DNA from: Asterias rubens
Lineage: Eukaryota
Length of the DNA: 64,000 bases
Assembly: GCF_902459465.1 (NCBI RefSeq)
Contig: NC_047065.1
Coordinates: 21,142,001 to 21,206,000 of the forward strand
Direction: 5' to 3'
Each line of letters begins with the position of its first letter. The stretch's first letter is position 1. Positions 35,883 to 49,427 of this stretch are shown here, piece after piece. Under the pieces are notes generated by a model. It saw nothing but the letters and a program-made list of their open reading frames with translations, was not told the DNA's origin and made no database searches. Made by a program: the position numbers and the translations under genes.

Positions 35883-36728
35883 GGTTAGCATACAGCAGTA
35901 TTTCCTGCTCAAGTAGCTCTATGAAAGTGAGCAAAGGGGGTGTGTCTGAATTTGTGATATAACAATTCACCACATTTAACAAAGACATTCCAAATGGATG
36001 CAAGTTGTAGTCTAAAGGGGTCGAGGCTTTATCAAGGTGTTGAAACTGGGTCAGTTCATTAAGTGGAGCATATCACTAATAGTGAAGTATTAGTGGAGCA
36101 TTCTCACTGGAGCATGCAACTCAACTGTTCTAAGGTAAGACTTGAAACTATGCATGATGGAAATACTACGGTTTGCACTGACGTGTGAAAAACTTTCTTG
36201 TAAGTAGTGGTCAGTGGCTCTAGGAAGAGCAGTGAGTCTACTCGTCAACCAGTGCTCGACATATCGATCAGGGCACAAACAAATTTGTTGCTTTACCCGA
36301 GCCTAAATGTTATCCCTTGTAATTATTAGACATTTCTAGTATTGAGACCAGGGATGCCTCATAGGTGAACTTAGCAAGCCCGAGGAAACCTATAAACAAG
36401 GGTAAGCTACTTGCTATGAGAAACAAATTTGCTTCTTTATCTTCTTCCAATACTACTATTATTATTATTATTATAATACTGTAATTCAACCGTAATTGAA
36501 ATGAATTGTCAAAGAACTGGAAATGATAACTATAAACCATCTCTTTAATACAATTTCATCATTAAATTTCATCAGTGAAAATACTTGTATTGAGTATTGA
36601 GTTTGAAGCTAAATTAATTTGTCACAAAAAGTGACAGACTTTCAGATTTTTTTTGATTTTTTTATTTCAGTGATATTGATACCACCATCACATTTATGAT
36701 CAACCCCAATTAATATTCCACAGCAAGT

Positions 36729-37089
36729 TTAAAGCCACTGGACACCTTTGGTAATTGTCGAAGACCAGTATTCTCACTTGGTGTATGCCAACGTTATGCA
36801 AAAAATAACAATCTGTACAAATTTTGACTCGGTTGGTCATCGAAGTTGCAAGAAAATCATGTAAGAAAAACAGCATTGTTACACAAATTTGCGTGGTTTC
36901 AGATGCCTAAAAAATATTAAGACTTCAGGCTTGAACCCTTTTAATATTTGAGTAAGAAATTATCTTTCCCAAAAACTGTTTTACTTCAAAGAGAGCTATT
37001 TCTGTTTCTCTCCATTGCTCATTACAAAGTTAATTTTTATGCAAACAATTATTTTGAGTAATGACCAATAGTGTCCACAGTGCCTTTTT
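36729..37089 (-). mobile_element. MITE family A', diverged (reverse)
   Basis: TTAA|AGCCACTGGACAC start; centre AAGACTTCAGGCTTGAACCCTTTT. Confidence 0.75.
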
Positions 37090-38589
37090 AGGTAGAAACA
37101 TTCTAACAGAAAGACAGAAAATATGACTTGAAAAAAAAAAACCCCAGATACACTCAGCTATGGCTACGACTGTTGCTAAGGGAGTTGCTCAGGACACACT
37201 TCAATGCATTCAGCCATAGCCAATACATGTAGCCATAGCCAATAGCTATAGCTAACTGATCGGACACGGCCTAGTAACCCTGGAATTTAAATAATATCTG
37301 GTACAGTGACTTGCTTAGTCTCAAGTTACTGCTTACCTCTGACTATAGAGACAGTTACCATCATTGGTTGCAAGATTGTCAAAGCCTGATACCATTGTGC
37401 CATACACATTCATTCAGAAATGTGTCTTGGTGTTCACCGTCTTTTTCAAAACTACACGGAAGCTTGCCATGAACAATGTGACATACCAACTAAAGTCTGA
37501 GGAAGCCGGAACTGAGAAAGTCTAAGACAAATGTATCTTGCAATATGTTTATTATGCTTAAAACATATGAACTTGGTGTACAACTTTGGTTCTAAAAACA
37601 AAAGGTGTGGTGCATCCTACTCTTGACTGGTTTGCAGCTCAATTTTTGCAGAAAAGATCAAACTTGCCAAGGAAATTCCGTTCCAAAGGTTCTATTTAGT
37701 ACAGCAGTGCCTTTGTGACTTTGGAGCACTTAGTAGCCCATTATTCAACTACATTAAATCCATCGCTAGCTCTATAGTGTGAACAATCACGTTTTTGAAT
37801 ATTTTTGAAGATATTCTCATTGCGACTTTCTCTTTAACTTACACGGACCCTTGAAAAGACACCCACCATGCCCCGTTTGGATTATAGGATTAGACGCATG
37901 TCACCCTGGCCAGACACTATCATAAGTCATCCTTCAGATAATTAACAAGAGAGTAAAAAAAAACACAACAATCTCTATTGTTGGCAAGGGCCATGACAAC
38001 ACTAATGATTAAGGAAGTGTTGTTGTATGACTAACGAAACAACAACAGGGCGGAAGTTGGGTGTCAAAGGCTTTTTCTTCAGTGATGGGAGGTCCAGGAA
38101 GGGCCATCAGTGTTTTTGTTTGTTTGTAACAAAACAAAACAACAACAAATGGGTTCCATGTGGCTGATTGTTTATATTGTTTTCACTTTTTTGTTTTGGT
38201 TGTTATTTATTTACTTTGTATAGTTGTTGATTTATTTAATGTTTTTATTGAATTTTATTTTTGAAAAGAAAGTGCCAAAGACATCAATTAAAATGCAAAG
38301 TATACAGCTATGTGACACACATGGGGATTTGACTAGTAACGTAAACTTTGTATAACCCAAATTGTTTACCAATAACCAATAGGCCTACTGCGCTCCTAAT
38401 CGTAAAAGGCTTAACTGATTGCAAGTTATTATAAAAAAAAGACAGTATTACTTCATTTGAAAATATTGCCATCTTAAATGCAGTCATTTCATCTCATAAA
38501 ACTTGGATTTTTAGTGGATAGTAAGATTTTTTTATCCGTTTACTTTTTTAAATTTTTTTTATGAGAGATTGCCCAACATAATAAGGCCA

Positions 38590-38873
38590 GACTTTCACTT
38601 CAAGATAAGGGCTACCTTTTACTGATTTGGTCTATCGACCCAACTCATTTGCCACTAGCTGTTGCCACCTACTCCTGGTGCTGAAACATGGTTACCCCCT
38701 TTCATAGTCCATAAGGATGTAGGCATGGGTATTATCCACCAGGAGCCATTCCAACTTTTTACAGAGTAATTATGTTTAAGTGCCTTGTTCAAGAGTACAA
38801 GTGTCACACTCTGCTGCTTACAACACCAGCGCTTGGGTCCGGTAAACTAGACCAATTGGCCACAGCACGCCAC
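38590..38873 (-). mobile_element. tRNA-derived SINE, diverged
   Basis: Head GTGGCGTGCTGTGGCC...; shares CTGGTGTT..AGCAGAGTGT-GACACTTGT blocks with 23785-24020. Confidence 0.55.
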
Positions 38874-38979
38874 AAAGCATTGTTTAACTTGAAAAAAGAA
38901 CTGTGATTGCGGGTCTCAGCACCTTTGGCTGTGTCTTCATCAGCCATTAGCTGCAGTCATAGCATTCACTCATTGGACA

Positions 38980-39147
38980 GTCAGGTTGGTGTAGTGGTGC
39001 CATGCCTTGCCTTCCACCTCTTCCACTAGACACCCCCCCCCCGTTCCAATCCCATCCGGGGGGGGGGGGGGGCACTATTTGGATTGGGTTTTCAGTCCCT
39101 ACTTTACTGCATGGGTTTTCCCTGGAATAATTCTCTGGGGTTTTTAG
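38980..39147 (+). mobile_element. tRNA-derived SINE (second family), diverged
   Basis: A-box-like TGGTGTAGTGG; core TGGATTGGGTTTTCAGTCCCTAC shared with 42191-42320. Confidence 0.55.
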
Positions 39148-40635
39148 CAATAAGAATTTATATCCAGATCCAGACTTGTTGGTAACAAAGCCATAGCCAC
39201 CCCTGAAGCCATCAAATCCAACAATGCCCAAGACAAGAAAGAGTAACAGTCTGATCCCTGTTTGGTATAATAAGATTCAGTATTCGTTTCTGCTGTTGCA
39301 TGCAGGGAACATGACAAAGATATTGACTGTTCTTATGCCACAAGTATTGACTGTTTAAGTAAGATCCAAATAACAAGATGCATCTACACACAAACTTCCA
39401 CTTCAGAAATCTCTTTATTTCTCATCTCCTATCCATGATCACCCTTTCCTCCTTTTCGATTATACTTTCAATTTTTTTGGTAAAAAAAGTCAGGAAAGAC
39501 AAAGCAAAGACAAGAAAAATACAAAAATTGAGAGGGGAGTACTCAGTTGGCTTGCATGTGATTCACACTTTATCGATCGATGGCATCAGCTAGTTGCCTA
39601 GGCCATAACAACATAGAGTCCAGGCCCCCGGGCAAGTTCTGACTTCCCTCCCCTCATGCGCAAAATCGCATTTGCTTGCCCCTCCCTCGTTGGCTTGGAG
39701 CCTGATTTGATTACCGTTGTGCTCACACTGCCCAGACTTTGCAAGTCAGTGTATTCAACCTGCCGAGGACCGACTCGTTTTTGAATATACATTGTCAGCC
39801 GGATGCTTACAAGTGAAAACAACTGAAAACCATAAACTACCTGCCAAGTGCTCAAAATATAAAAAGATGTATTTGACACAGGAGGGATATGATTTTGTTC
39901 TTGTATGTTTGTTGTATTAATTGAGGGGGAAAAAGTAAACGCAGTTTCTCCGCAACACCTTGTTATTGTTTAATTACATCAACTCATATTTCATCTTCTT
40001 GAGATAAAATTACATATTGAAATGTTTTGGCTGAAACGTTTATTTGTAAACAGTACTTTTCCCATTCAGGGTAAATAAAGGATGAAAGTCAGAGACCACT
40101 TGCCAACCTTTAAGGACATGTAGATTAAACACAAAACCTAACAGGCCCTTTTTTCAAAGGCAAAATGTATGCCACTCACATACAGTTCCTAAAAGGAACA
40201 GCACTAAGCCACTTTTTTTGTTCCTGACTAGAAAAATTTGAGCTCAACCAAAGGACTGAGTTTTGGGCCGAAAAGAGAAGAAACTGTGCCAAGCAGTTTT
40301 TGATGCTCGATGAAAGTGGACCCAGGTGTTTTCATGGAATGGAAGTGTCATTGGTTTTTCTCTTTCATTGTGTTTGGGCATTCACACAGCCTTTGGGAGG
40401 TCTTGTCAATGATTCATGCCGTAAGAAAACAAATATTTTTCACTTGATTTTGTGGTGCACTTGTCACAAGGTAATGTTGTTGACTTAACTCGCTTGGCCT
40501 CGTATAAAAAGGGAACATTTTCCATGGTAACTGTACCATTATGGTAGATAGCTTAGAAATCATGATGCTACCTGCCCCCACCCCACCCTCCCTTGGAAAA
40601 ACCTTCCCCCCTACCCCCCCCCCCCCCAAAAAAAA

Positions 40636-41024
40636 AGGCAGTGGACACTATTGGTAATTACTCAAAGTAGTTATTAGCATAAAACCTTACTTGGTAATGA
40701 GTAATGGAGAGTTGTTGGTAGTATAAAACATTGTGAGAAACGGCTCCCTTTAAAGTCATGTAGTTTTCTAGAAAGAAGTAATTTTCCATGAATTTGATTT
40801 TGAGACCTCAGATTTAGAATTTGAGGTCTCGAAATCAAGCAGCTGAAAGCACACAACTTTTTTGTTCTTTCTCATTTCTCGTTTTTTCTTTCATTATTAT
40901 CTCGCAACTTCGACGACCAATTGGGTTCAAATTTTCACAGGTTCGGTATATTGTGCATATGTTGAGATACACCAAGTGAGAAGACTGGTCTTTGACAATT
41001 ACCAATAGTGTCCAGTGTCTTTAA
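40636..41024 (+). mobile_element. MITE family A, full copy
   Basis: AGGCAGTGGACAC ... GTGTCCAGTGTCT|TTAA; the left TSD is obscured by an A-run. Confidence 0.85.
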
Positions 41025-41475
41025 GTAATTTCTTTTGCTTGGCTGTTTAAAATAAATTGTAACATTGTTAACTAATGATATCTGTTGTGGCCTCTGATAC
41101 CTCTGGCCTTGTTATGTTTTTATAACCAAAATAAACAAATAAAACAAATTAATCAAAGATGAACAAGTCAGTTTTATATCATGAAAGCAGTTGATTCCCA
41201 TAAAGTAAACAAAGTAATACTTAAAATAATAAATGAAATTGTTGTTTTCCTTTTTTCACCGATTACTGATTAATGTCCCATTGATATTGTTATCTTACCC
41301 GATTATTTTTCTGTTATAGTTGCAGGTTTAAATATAAAAATACATTTTGTCTTGATTGAAAAACAGTTTCATATTGAATTTTGTTGTACAACCTTAATTA
41401 ATTTTCAAGCATACTTGACACATAGCTTAAAATAGCGCAATACGTGATATAGAAAAGGGTTTGATATTGGCAGTC

Positions 41476-41729
41476 CTGGGCCCAATTTCATGGCTCTGCT
41501 TACCGCCGAGTTCTGCGCTTACGATCGCGATTCCCCGCTTACGTGCAAGCGCCGAATTTCTGCGCTAGCCTTGTAGGCGTAGAATGCCTAGTAACGTGGA
41601 GTACGCACGCACAGAAGCCAAAACTCGCTGCTAACCCGTGAAGTACGCTTGCCGTAAGCACAGAATTCCCTGCTTCCGTAAGCGCCGATTCTGTGCTTAC
41701 GGTAAGCAGAGCCATGAACTTGGGCCCAG
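41476..41729. mobile_element. MITE family D
   Basis: Same TIRs and body as 19929-20182. Confidence 0.75.
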
Positions 41730-41776
41730 GTCTTACACATGTATGTACCATACTCTTTAGGATCAACCAGACAGAA

Positions 41777-42159
41777 TTAAAGTCACCTGGAAATAGATTT
41801 TTTTTTCTTTCAAACATAAGAGTATATGCTTACGAACAATAAAACAATTTTTTTAGTAATTGTTTGTCACGATTTATATGTTTAAAAAATATATAAAGTT
41901 GTTTGGGGGGCTGACTCCGCCTACCCCTTTTGTGACGTCAATCGAGGCAGACTTTGCCTGCAATGCGTATAAGTCTGCCTCGATTGACGTCACGAACAGC
42001 GCCCTCTCGGGTCGGGGTCTACTCTTAAATTTGTAAATAACATAAGAACTGATTTTTTAAAACCTTAGTTAACTGTTTATTCACATTCCACTCATCAAAA
42101 CAAATATATTGGTGGCAAAAGCATTATTTAAAAAAAATATCACTTCCAGGTGACTTTAA
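41777..42159. mobile_element. TTAA MITE family F
   Basis: TTAA|AGTCACCTGGAA ... TTCCAGGTGACT|TTAA (perfect 12-bp TIR), with an internal perfect 23-bp hairpin at 41932-41993. Confidence 0.8.
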
Positions 42160-42190
42160 GGATCAAAGTTACCATGAAGATAGTTATACA

Positions 42191-42320
42191 GGTTAGCTCA
42201 GTGGTTTCTGTCCCTGCCTTTCACCTCTGTGGACCCGGGTTCAATACCCAGACTGGAAACTTGCATGTGGATTGGGTTTTCCAGTTCCTATTACTGACAT
42301 TGTGGGTTTTTCCCCATACA
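42191..42320 (+). mobile_element. tRNA-derived SINE (second family)
   Basis: A-box TAGCTCAGTGG, B-box GGTTCAATACC, core GTGGATTGGGTTTTCCAG. Confidence 0.6.
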
Positions 42321-42667
42321 GTGATCCCCCCCCCCCCCAGTCTAAAACTGAAATGTCTTCACTGTCTACTCGACAATAAGAGTGCGTTTTGGTGGCTGTA
42401 ACCAATAATTGTTTCTGACGTCATAACCAAAACTGTAACCGAGCTCACAACTCGGTTATCGTTCAGTCTAAACAGCAGAACCAACGACCAACAACCGAAA
42501 CAGTTTTTGGTTGGGTCGCCAAAACGCACTCCAACTTGGTGTGATGTTTTTTTTTTTGATGCTTTATCGACTTCATAATTCAGACTCAGATATAGATTGC
42601 AACAGGTATATTTTCAGTTGATTTTTCAGTAACAAACTTTGCAAAGGCTGAATGGTAAAGGCAGTAT

Positions 42668-43052
42668 TTAAGGCAGTGGACACTATTGGTAATTGTCAAA
42701 GACTAGCCTTCACAGTTGGTGTATTTCAACATGTGCATAAAATAACTAACCTGTGAAAATTTGAGCTCAATCGGTCATCAAAGTTGCGAGATAATAATGA
42801 AAGAAGAAAACACCCTTGTCACACAAAGTTGTGTGCGTTTAGATGGTTGATTTCGAGACCTCAAGTTCTTAACTTGAGGTCTCGAAATCAAATTCGTGGA
42901 AATGTACTTCTTTCTCAAAAACTATGGCACTTCAGAGGGAGCCGTTTCTCACAATGTGTTATACCATCAACCTCTCCCCATTACTCGTCACCCAGAAAGG
43001 TTTTGTGCTAATAATTATTTTGAGTAATTACCAATAGTGTCCACTGCCTTTA
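42668..43052 (-). mobile_element. MITE family A, full copy (reverse)
   Basis: TTAA at both ends, TIRs and central hairpin. Confidence 0.85.
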
Positions 43053-43610
43053 ACACACACATAGTTGGAATGGTATAATTTTCTCTACAGTCCAACGTTG
43101 TGCTCAATTAAATGCAACAAGGACACAAGACAAAAAAACAAATCAGGAACTCGAATCCATTTATGATGATAAAAATATTCATTTACTCAAACATGACAAA
43201 ACTACACAGCTCCGTTTCATTAACACAGTTGATATTTAATCTTCCCTACTAACCCTTTCTACTCTAATCGAGTTAAAATAAATATTTTATACAAATGGTG
43301 AAAAAACTACCAGGTCATGTTGAAGCATAATTTCAATCGGCGAGGCCATTAACAGGGTAAGCTACGTGATGTGAAAATGGGCTTCTCTTCTTTTTACAAC
43401 AAGTTTGTCACAATTGTTATTGTGGGGTGTACCCATTGGAATGTTACCTGTTATTATTAGTCCTTAACAAATCCAATTAAAAAGATTACAAAGATAAAGG
43501 TTTTGTTGTTTTAAAAAACAGTTTGCCAAAAGCAACTGCTGTAACTCATAGAATGCATGACAGTACATTCCAATACATGAAAGTTGCACAATAAATAATG
43601 AATAATGTCA

Positions 43611-43710
43611 TAGTGGTCAAGTGGTTACACTGCAGGACTAGCAATCACAAGGTTGTGGGTTCTTATCCCCCAAGCTAACTGCTGATTTCATAATGACTCG
43701 AATAAGTATT
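43611..43710 (+). mobile_element. tRNA-derived SINE remnant
   Basis: TAGTGGTCAAGTGG ... GGTTGTGGGTTCTTATCCC, degenerate A and B boxes. Confidence 0.4.
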
Positions 43711-46104
43711 ATTGTCTTGTTACTGAATCACAATTTCTTGATTTGTGCAATTCATAATCATAGACGTTAAACCAATGTTTGTATGAGAGAGATTGGCTGT
43801 TGCCAACATGGCATTTGTATCCCCTTGTGAGAGCTTTGCCAAGTTTCCTTTTTGGGAAGATCATCTCAATAAACAAACAAACAACAAACGAACAAACAAA
43901 AACAAATAAACTAATAAAATAGTAAAACAAAAAAACATCTTAACAAGTTTTTGTTCAACCCTCCGAAAAATGAATCACCTTACCCTGGTTGACAATGAGT
44001 ATATGAGAAAACCAAGTTATAACAAAAGTTATACTTGTATAATAATTTGTTTAAACTTACAAGATGCTCTTGTTCTTGAAGATGAACATTCACTAAATGG
44101 TGCTAGATGTCCTGGGTTATCTTTTGAGTATGCCACGAGTTATAAGTGTTTCATAATGATGAGGAATGAACTGCTTGAGATAGGCACCCATCTTCCCTTC
44201 AACAACCGTCTGCTTTCTTAGACCTGTAGTCAATAATAGGTAAGGAGCGGAGTGGACACAGGGCGTGTTAAGAACAGGATTTAAAAAAAGAAAAAAGAAG
44301 TGATGAGATAAGATGGAGTTTTGAAGTTGGGATGGAAGTTGGAAAGTAGATGTAGGATGAGGCAGAAGGAAAAGGAATTGGGAAAAGATTATTTGGACAA
44401 GAGCGAAATATGAAATAGAGTTAAATGAGAAATAAATTGAAAATGAACATGGTTTGTGATAAATAAGAAAGCATATTGTGTAGGGATTTTCGAGGAGATG
44501 GGGAAAAGGAGAACGGGCATTGGGAATTAATAACATTCCCAGAACACAATGGAACGATGAATGGGAATTCAATGAAGAGATGAAGCCAGTAAGGGGGGGG
44601 GGGTGTCAGAAAGGGGCATAGGAGAGAAAATGATGAACACAGAAACATTGCAAGATGGATCGGACAGGAAGAAAATGAGGTCAAAGTATTAAGTAAACAC
44701 AGAGCAATAAAGGGGACAAATAGTGAAAGGAAGGAAATACGAAATTAATATTAAAGGAAAAGATGGATATGAAAAAGAGGTCATGGAAAGACACAGAATA
44801 ATAGATGGAAAGATGGAGAAAGGAATGGGAAAATAAAAAAATAAAAAATAAAAGGATCCAAAGAATGAACATGAAAAGATGGAAAAATGATGATAGACAA
44901 TACAAATGTAAGAATGATGAAATGATTCAATGACAAAAGAGAAAGAAATGATGAACAGATTTAAGAAGCAGAGGGAAAAAGAAGAGACAAAAAAGAAAAC
45001 ATTAATTTCATTTTAAGACCCAATGTTAAATTGAATAAAATGTGACTGCATGGGACTGAAACCATTGTTGCGTGTGTTATTGCCATGACAACGATAAAAT
45101 TGCCCTGGTCCGTATGACAGCAACTTTGTAAAATCTTTAATCATACCTACTCACTCATCTGATTGCAAGGTGCCCTGCACACTGAACGGTAAATTACTTG
45201 AAATTGTAGCCTTTCGGGGGAACAAATTAAATACAATGATAAACAACCAAAAATAGATTTAATTTTAATTCCTGGCAGCTGCAAATGCAAATGAAATGCG
45301 ATAGACGCTCGAGTCAAATTTCATCAAGTTTCAGGCGCGTCTGCGAAGCCCCAATTTGAATAATTTGCACACAATTATTTTCGTGTGGTTCTCTCTGTTG
45401 CTGCCATATGACAATGGATTTTAGAGACAGGCAGCTTAACGCCTGTGACTGAAATGTGTCTGTGCATGTCATTCTGTATATATATATAATCATATTCTGT
45501 AATTGTAGTTTATTACAGTAACATATGGTTTATATCATTTAATCATAAATTATAAATTGTTGTTGTTTCTATTTATAATACATATGGCATAGTTTAAAAT
45601 GGTTCATTCGTTATGTAAATTTAACAACACATGAAATATGTTTTATGGTTCCAAAAAGAGCCATCAAAAATTGCAGTCATTGAAATAAAAAATAAAAATA
45701 ATATATATGTATATTTTTTAACCAGCATATTTTTTAAATATTAACAAACTTAACCTTACTGACTTGGGATAAAGGTGTTTGCCAAAATCTGGGAAAAAGA
45801 GTTCTGAATTGGCAGACAATTTTAAACCAATGGCCCCATTCATTTTGAGGTGATGGTGGTATGAAACAAAATTGAAAAAAAAGTAGGTGTTGTTCCAAAC
45901 TATGTATCTCCATCATGAAATTGGACCAAACAAGGAGGGAGGGGGGAAGGGGCATGTGGGCAGCCACCTCCTTATTTGACTAGTTCAAGTATAGACTTCC
46001 TAAATTGTGTTGTTTTCTTTTTTTGTGTTTGCTCTGTGCCATGAGCGTCTTATGTAGTTAAGGTAGAAGCTGGTATTGTATATTAGTTTTTAATTTTTTT
46101 AAAA

Positions 46105-46228
46105 TCAAATTTAGTGTTGATTAAAGACCAATTTTCTTGGGCGAGATTCGAACCTGTGACCTCCGGATTAAAGTGCCAGCACTTTAACAACTGAAATATC
46201 TAGCACTAATTCTTGGTGGTCTACCTAT
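46105..46228 (-). mobile_element. tRNA-derived SINE remnant
   Basis: Minus-strand B-box GGTTCGAATC at 46145-46154 with a degenerate A-box upstream. Confidence 0.5.
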
Positions 46229-46324
46229 TTTGTCTGTATCTTTGTTCAGTGGTTGCCCATTAGAAGCCGTTCAACCTGTAACTGCCGTATTGCCAGGAAT
46301 CACACTCAAGTTTGTGATTCAACA

Positions 46325-46622
46325 NNNNNNNNNNNNNNNNNNNNNNNNNNNNNNNNNNNNNNNNNNNNNNNNNNNNNNNNNNNNNNNNNNNNNNNNNNNN
46401 NNNNNNNNNNNNNNNNNNNNNNNNNNNNNNNNNNNNNNNNNNNNNNNNNNNNNNNNNNNNNNNNNNNNNNNNNNNNNNNNNNNNNNNNNNNNNNNNNNNN
46501 NNNNNNNNNNNNNNNNNNNNNNNNNNNNNNNNNNNNNNNNNNNNNNNNNNNNNNNNNNNNNNNNNNNNNNNNNNNNNNNNNNNNNNNNNNNNNNNNNNNN
46601 NNNNNNNNNNNNNNNNNNNNNN
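46325..46622. other. Assembly gap
   Basis: N run. Confidence 1.
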
Positions 46623-46746
46623 TTTTCACACCCGGAGGGCGTAATAAGGGGGATGTAGCTTTTCAATTCAAATACCAAGTAATAATTCAACCATATTCTT
46701 GTTGCATCAATATCTCTGAGAATTAGTTCCTGCATAATTGTCATCT

Positions 46747-47134
46747 TTAAAGGCAGTGGACACTATTGGTAATTACTCAAAATAATTATTAGCATAAAAC
46801 CTTACTTGGTAATGAGTAATGGAGAGCTGTTAGTAGTACAAAAACATTGTGAGAAACAGCTCCCTCTGAAATAATGTAGTTTTTGAGAAAAAAGTAATTT
46901 TCCATGAATTTGATTTTGAGACCTCAGATTTAGAATTTGAAGTTTTGAAATCAAGCATCTGGAAGCACACAACTTCGTTTGACAAGGGTGTTTTTTCTTT
47001 CATTATTATCTCGCAACTTCGAACGACCAATTGAACTCAAACTTACACAGGTTTGTTATTTTATGCATATGTTGAGATACACCGAGTGAGAAGAATGGTC
47101 TTTGACAATTACCAATAGTGTCCAGTGTCTTTAA
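46747..47134 (+). mobile_element. MITE family A, full copy
   Basis: TTAA at both ends and TIRs. Confidence 0.85.
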
Positions 47135-47515
47135 GAAGGCACTGACTGAATATTGGATATAAGAAATATTGCCCAGGCGGCACTTTTTATGAGCGTTATT
47201 TAACAAAATAATAAGCAAATAAAAAACAGGATGAGAATTGATGGTATGGGTTTTCTCTTTCTCAAACCTGGAACCTCCTAGATATAGTTTGGGAGATTAA
47301 CAGACTTAATGAATCACAAGAAAGAACAACAAACAAAAGTTTTGACAATTTTTTTTGTCTTTTTACCTTTTGGTGATTTCTTTCAAGAAAATGTACAGAC
47401 ACCGGAAGGTTTTGACAAAATACTCAAATATCAGAGATTTCCAAGAAAATCAAACCACCGAACAACTGTTCGCACATGTGAGCACATAATCTTTTCCAAA
47501 TCATGGCAAGATGAT

Positions 47516-47864
47516 CAGGGTTGTAGCTAGACCAAATTTAGTGGTGGGCAATAAATCAAATTTTGTTGGAGGTCTACCTAGGGCAACAAAACAAAATTGT
47601 TCATGTTTAATTATGGGCCATTATTGCTGAAGTGGGGCCAGGTTCCCAAACTGTTCGTGGTATGGGGCCGTGCTATAAGTTGAATGGCCTTTGGATTGTG
47701 TTCTTTCTCACTCCTCATCATTAGCTGTGTCTCAGACCAATGCAAAGTGGACAAAATTTAAAATCTGTGCTGGGCGGCATAATGTATTTTTCTCAGAGTG
47801 CTGGGCAAAAATTGAGAGTCCTGGGCAGGCCCTCCAAGCACCGCCCACCGTGGCTACAACACTG
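47516..47864. mobile_element. Non-autonomous hAT-type DNA transposon
   Basis: TIR CAGGGTTGTAGC / GCTACAACACTG (11/12) and an 8-bp TSD AAGATGAT (47508-47515) / AAGATGAC (47865-47872). Confidence 0.75.
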
Positions 47865-48999
47865 AAGATGACTTATGAAAGCAAGTTAGTCGTGTGCCTT
47901 CTAATGCTGTTGCTTAATATCGATCAATTTCATTTTCTTCAAAACAACTTATCAGCATACCATTATTTTGCATTGATTTTCAAGTAATACAAAAAAAATG
48001 ACATTCAGTTTGAGAGTATATGCTTGTACTTTTTCCTTCAGAAAATAATATCGTAGATAGAAAGGGATGGCAGTCATAATTACCTCTAAACATGCACACA
48101 CTAGAAAGGCTGAATGCGTAATTTGAAGTTTAATTCAGAATTCACATCTTTGTTCTATAGACAAAGACTCATCCTTCAGTTCAGTATCCACACATGTTAG
48201 TTTTCATTTCAGAAGTAAAATTAAGAATTAAATTATTTCCTAATTAGATTAGGATGACAATAGTTTCATTTCTCTTTGTTCATTCTGGTCGTTATGTTTG
48301 AGCCCCGTCTTGTATATTCCCTAGTCTTTCGTTTCCAAGCGTATGTTAATTACAGTGTTTTTTAATCAAGAAATGGACAGAAAAGATGTGCATGCATTCT
48401 AATTATATGGAAATGAATTAAATTTTCCGTGATGAACTAATGGAAGTGACGTCTATTGCTGGAGAGAAACGTCAGCGCGCTGAATTTTGTTGACAACCTG
48501 ACCTTTCTCCAAGGCAGTGAGATAATTAGAAACGGCATTTGGGAGTCACTAATGAATAACAAAAAGTTAATTGAAATAAATAATTTCTCGGTGGATGCAT
48601 GATTCTTGTGGTAGGAAAAGCCACCGCTTACGTGGTCTTTAAGATACTGAGATTTTGTCTAGTGTGTATGGAGGAATGATAAATCAATCATGGATCTTAT
48701 TGTAGTCAATGAACCAGCTGATCAATCAGGCAGCTACTATATGACCGTCTGGTAACCTCTCAATATGTCTGTTTATAGACGATGTGACCTCTGACGTCAC
48801 ACGAAAACCATAACATGATTCGCGCGCATACCGCCGGGCAAAACCTTTGTGTTTTGGCAGCCAGCTAGAAAGTAAACGCAATCTTACTATGACTACGCAA
48901 CTCAGTGCCCGGCGAAACATGACGTATATAGTGTTTTGTCAACAGAGGGCGGTTTGAATGTAAACATGGTCACATTGTCTATAGCCACCCAGCTTACAA

Positions 49000-49222
49000 A
49001 CAACCAACCCAACAACCAACTAACCAACCAACAAACTAACAAACCAACCAACCAACCAGTAACCCAACAAAACAACCAATCAACCATTTCCAACCAAACA
49101 AGCACTCAGTCAGACAAACAGCTCAGCAGCAAGGTAACCAGCAAACTAACTAACCAACCAACACAACAACCAACTAACAAACCAACCAACCAACCAACAA
49201 ACAACCAACCAACCAAAAACAA
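49000..49222. repeat. Degenerate (AACC)n microsatellite running into a gap
   Basis: Read directly from the sequence. Confidence 0.9.
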
Positions 49223-49427
49223 NNNNNNNNNNNNNNNNNNNNNNNNNNNNNNNNNNNNNNNNNNNNNNNNNNNNNNNNNNNNNNNNNNNNNNNNNNNNNN
49301 NNNNNNNNNNNNNNNNNNNNNNNNNNNNNNNNNNNNNNNNNNNNNNNNNNNNNNNNNNNNNNNNNNNNNNNNNNNNNNNNNNNNNNNNNNNNNNNNNNNN
49401 NNNNNNNNNNNNNNNNNNNNNNNNNNN
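49223..49427. other. Assembly gap
   Basis: N run. Confidence 1.

Noticed and set aside
39031-39075. C10...G15 hairpin
   Set aside because: Explained as homopolymer expansion either side of the B-box in a decayed SINE.
46230-46744. ORFs of 107-157 aa, and similar ORFs at 48936-49464, 51054-51350 and 54680-54961
   Set aside because: Artefacts of reading through N gaps and the (AACC)n repeat.
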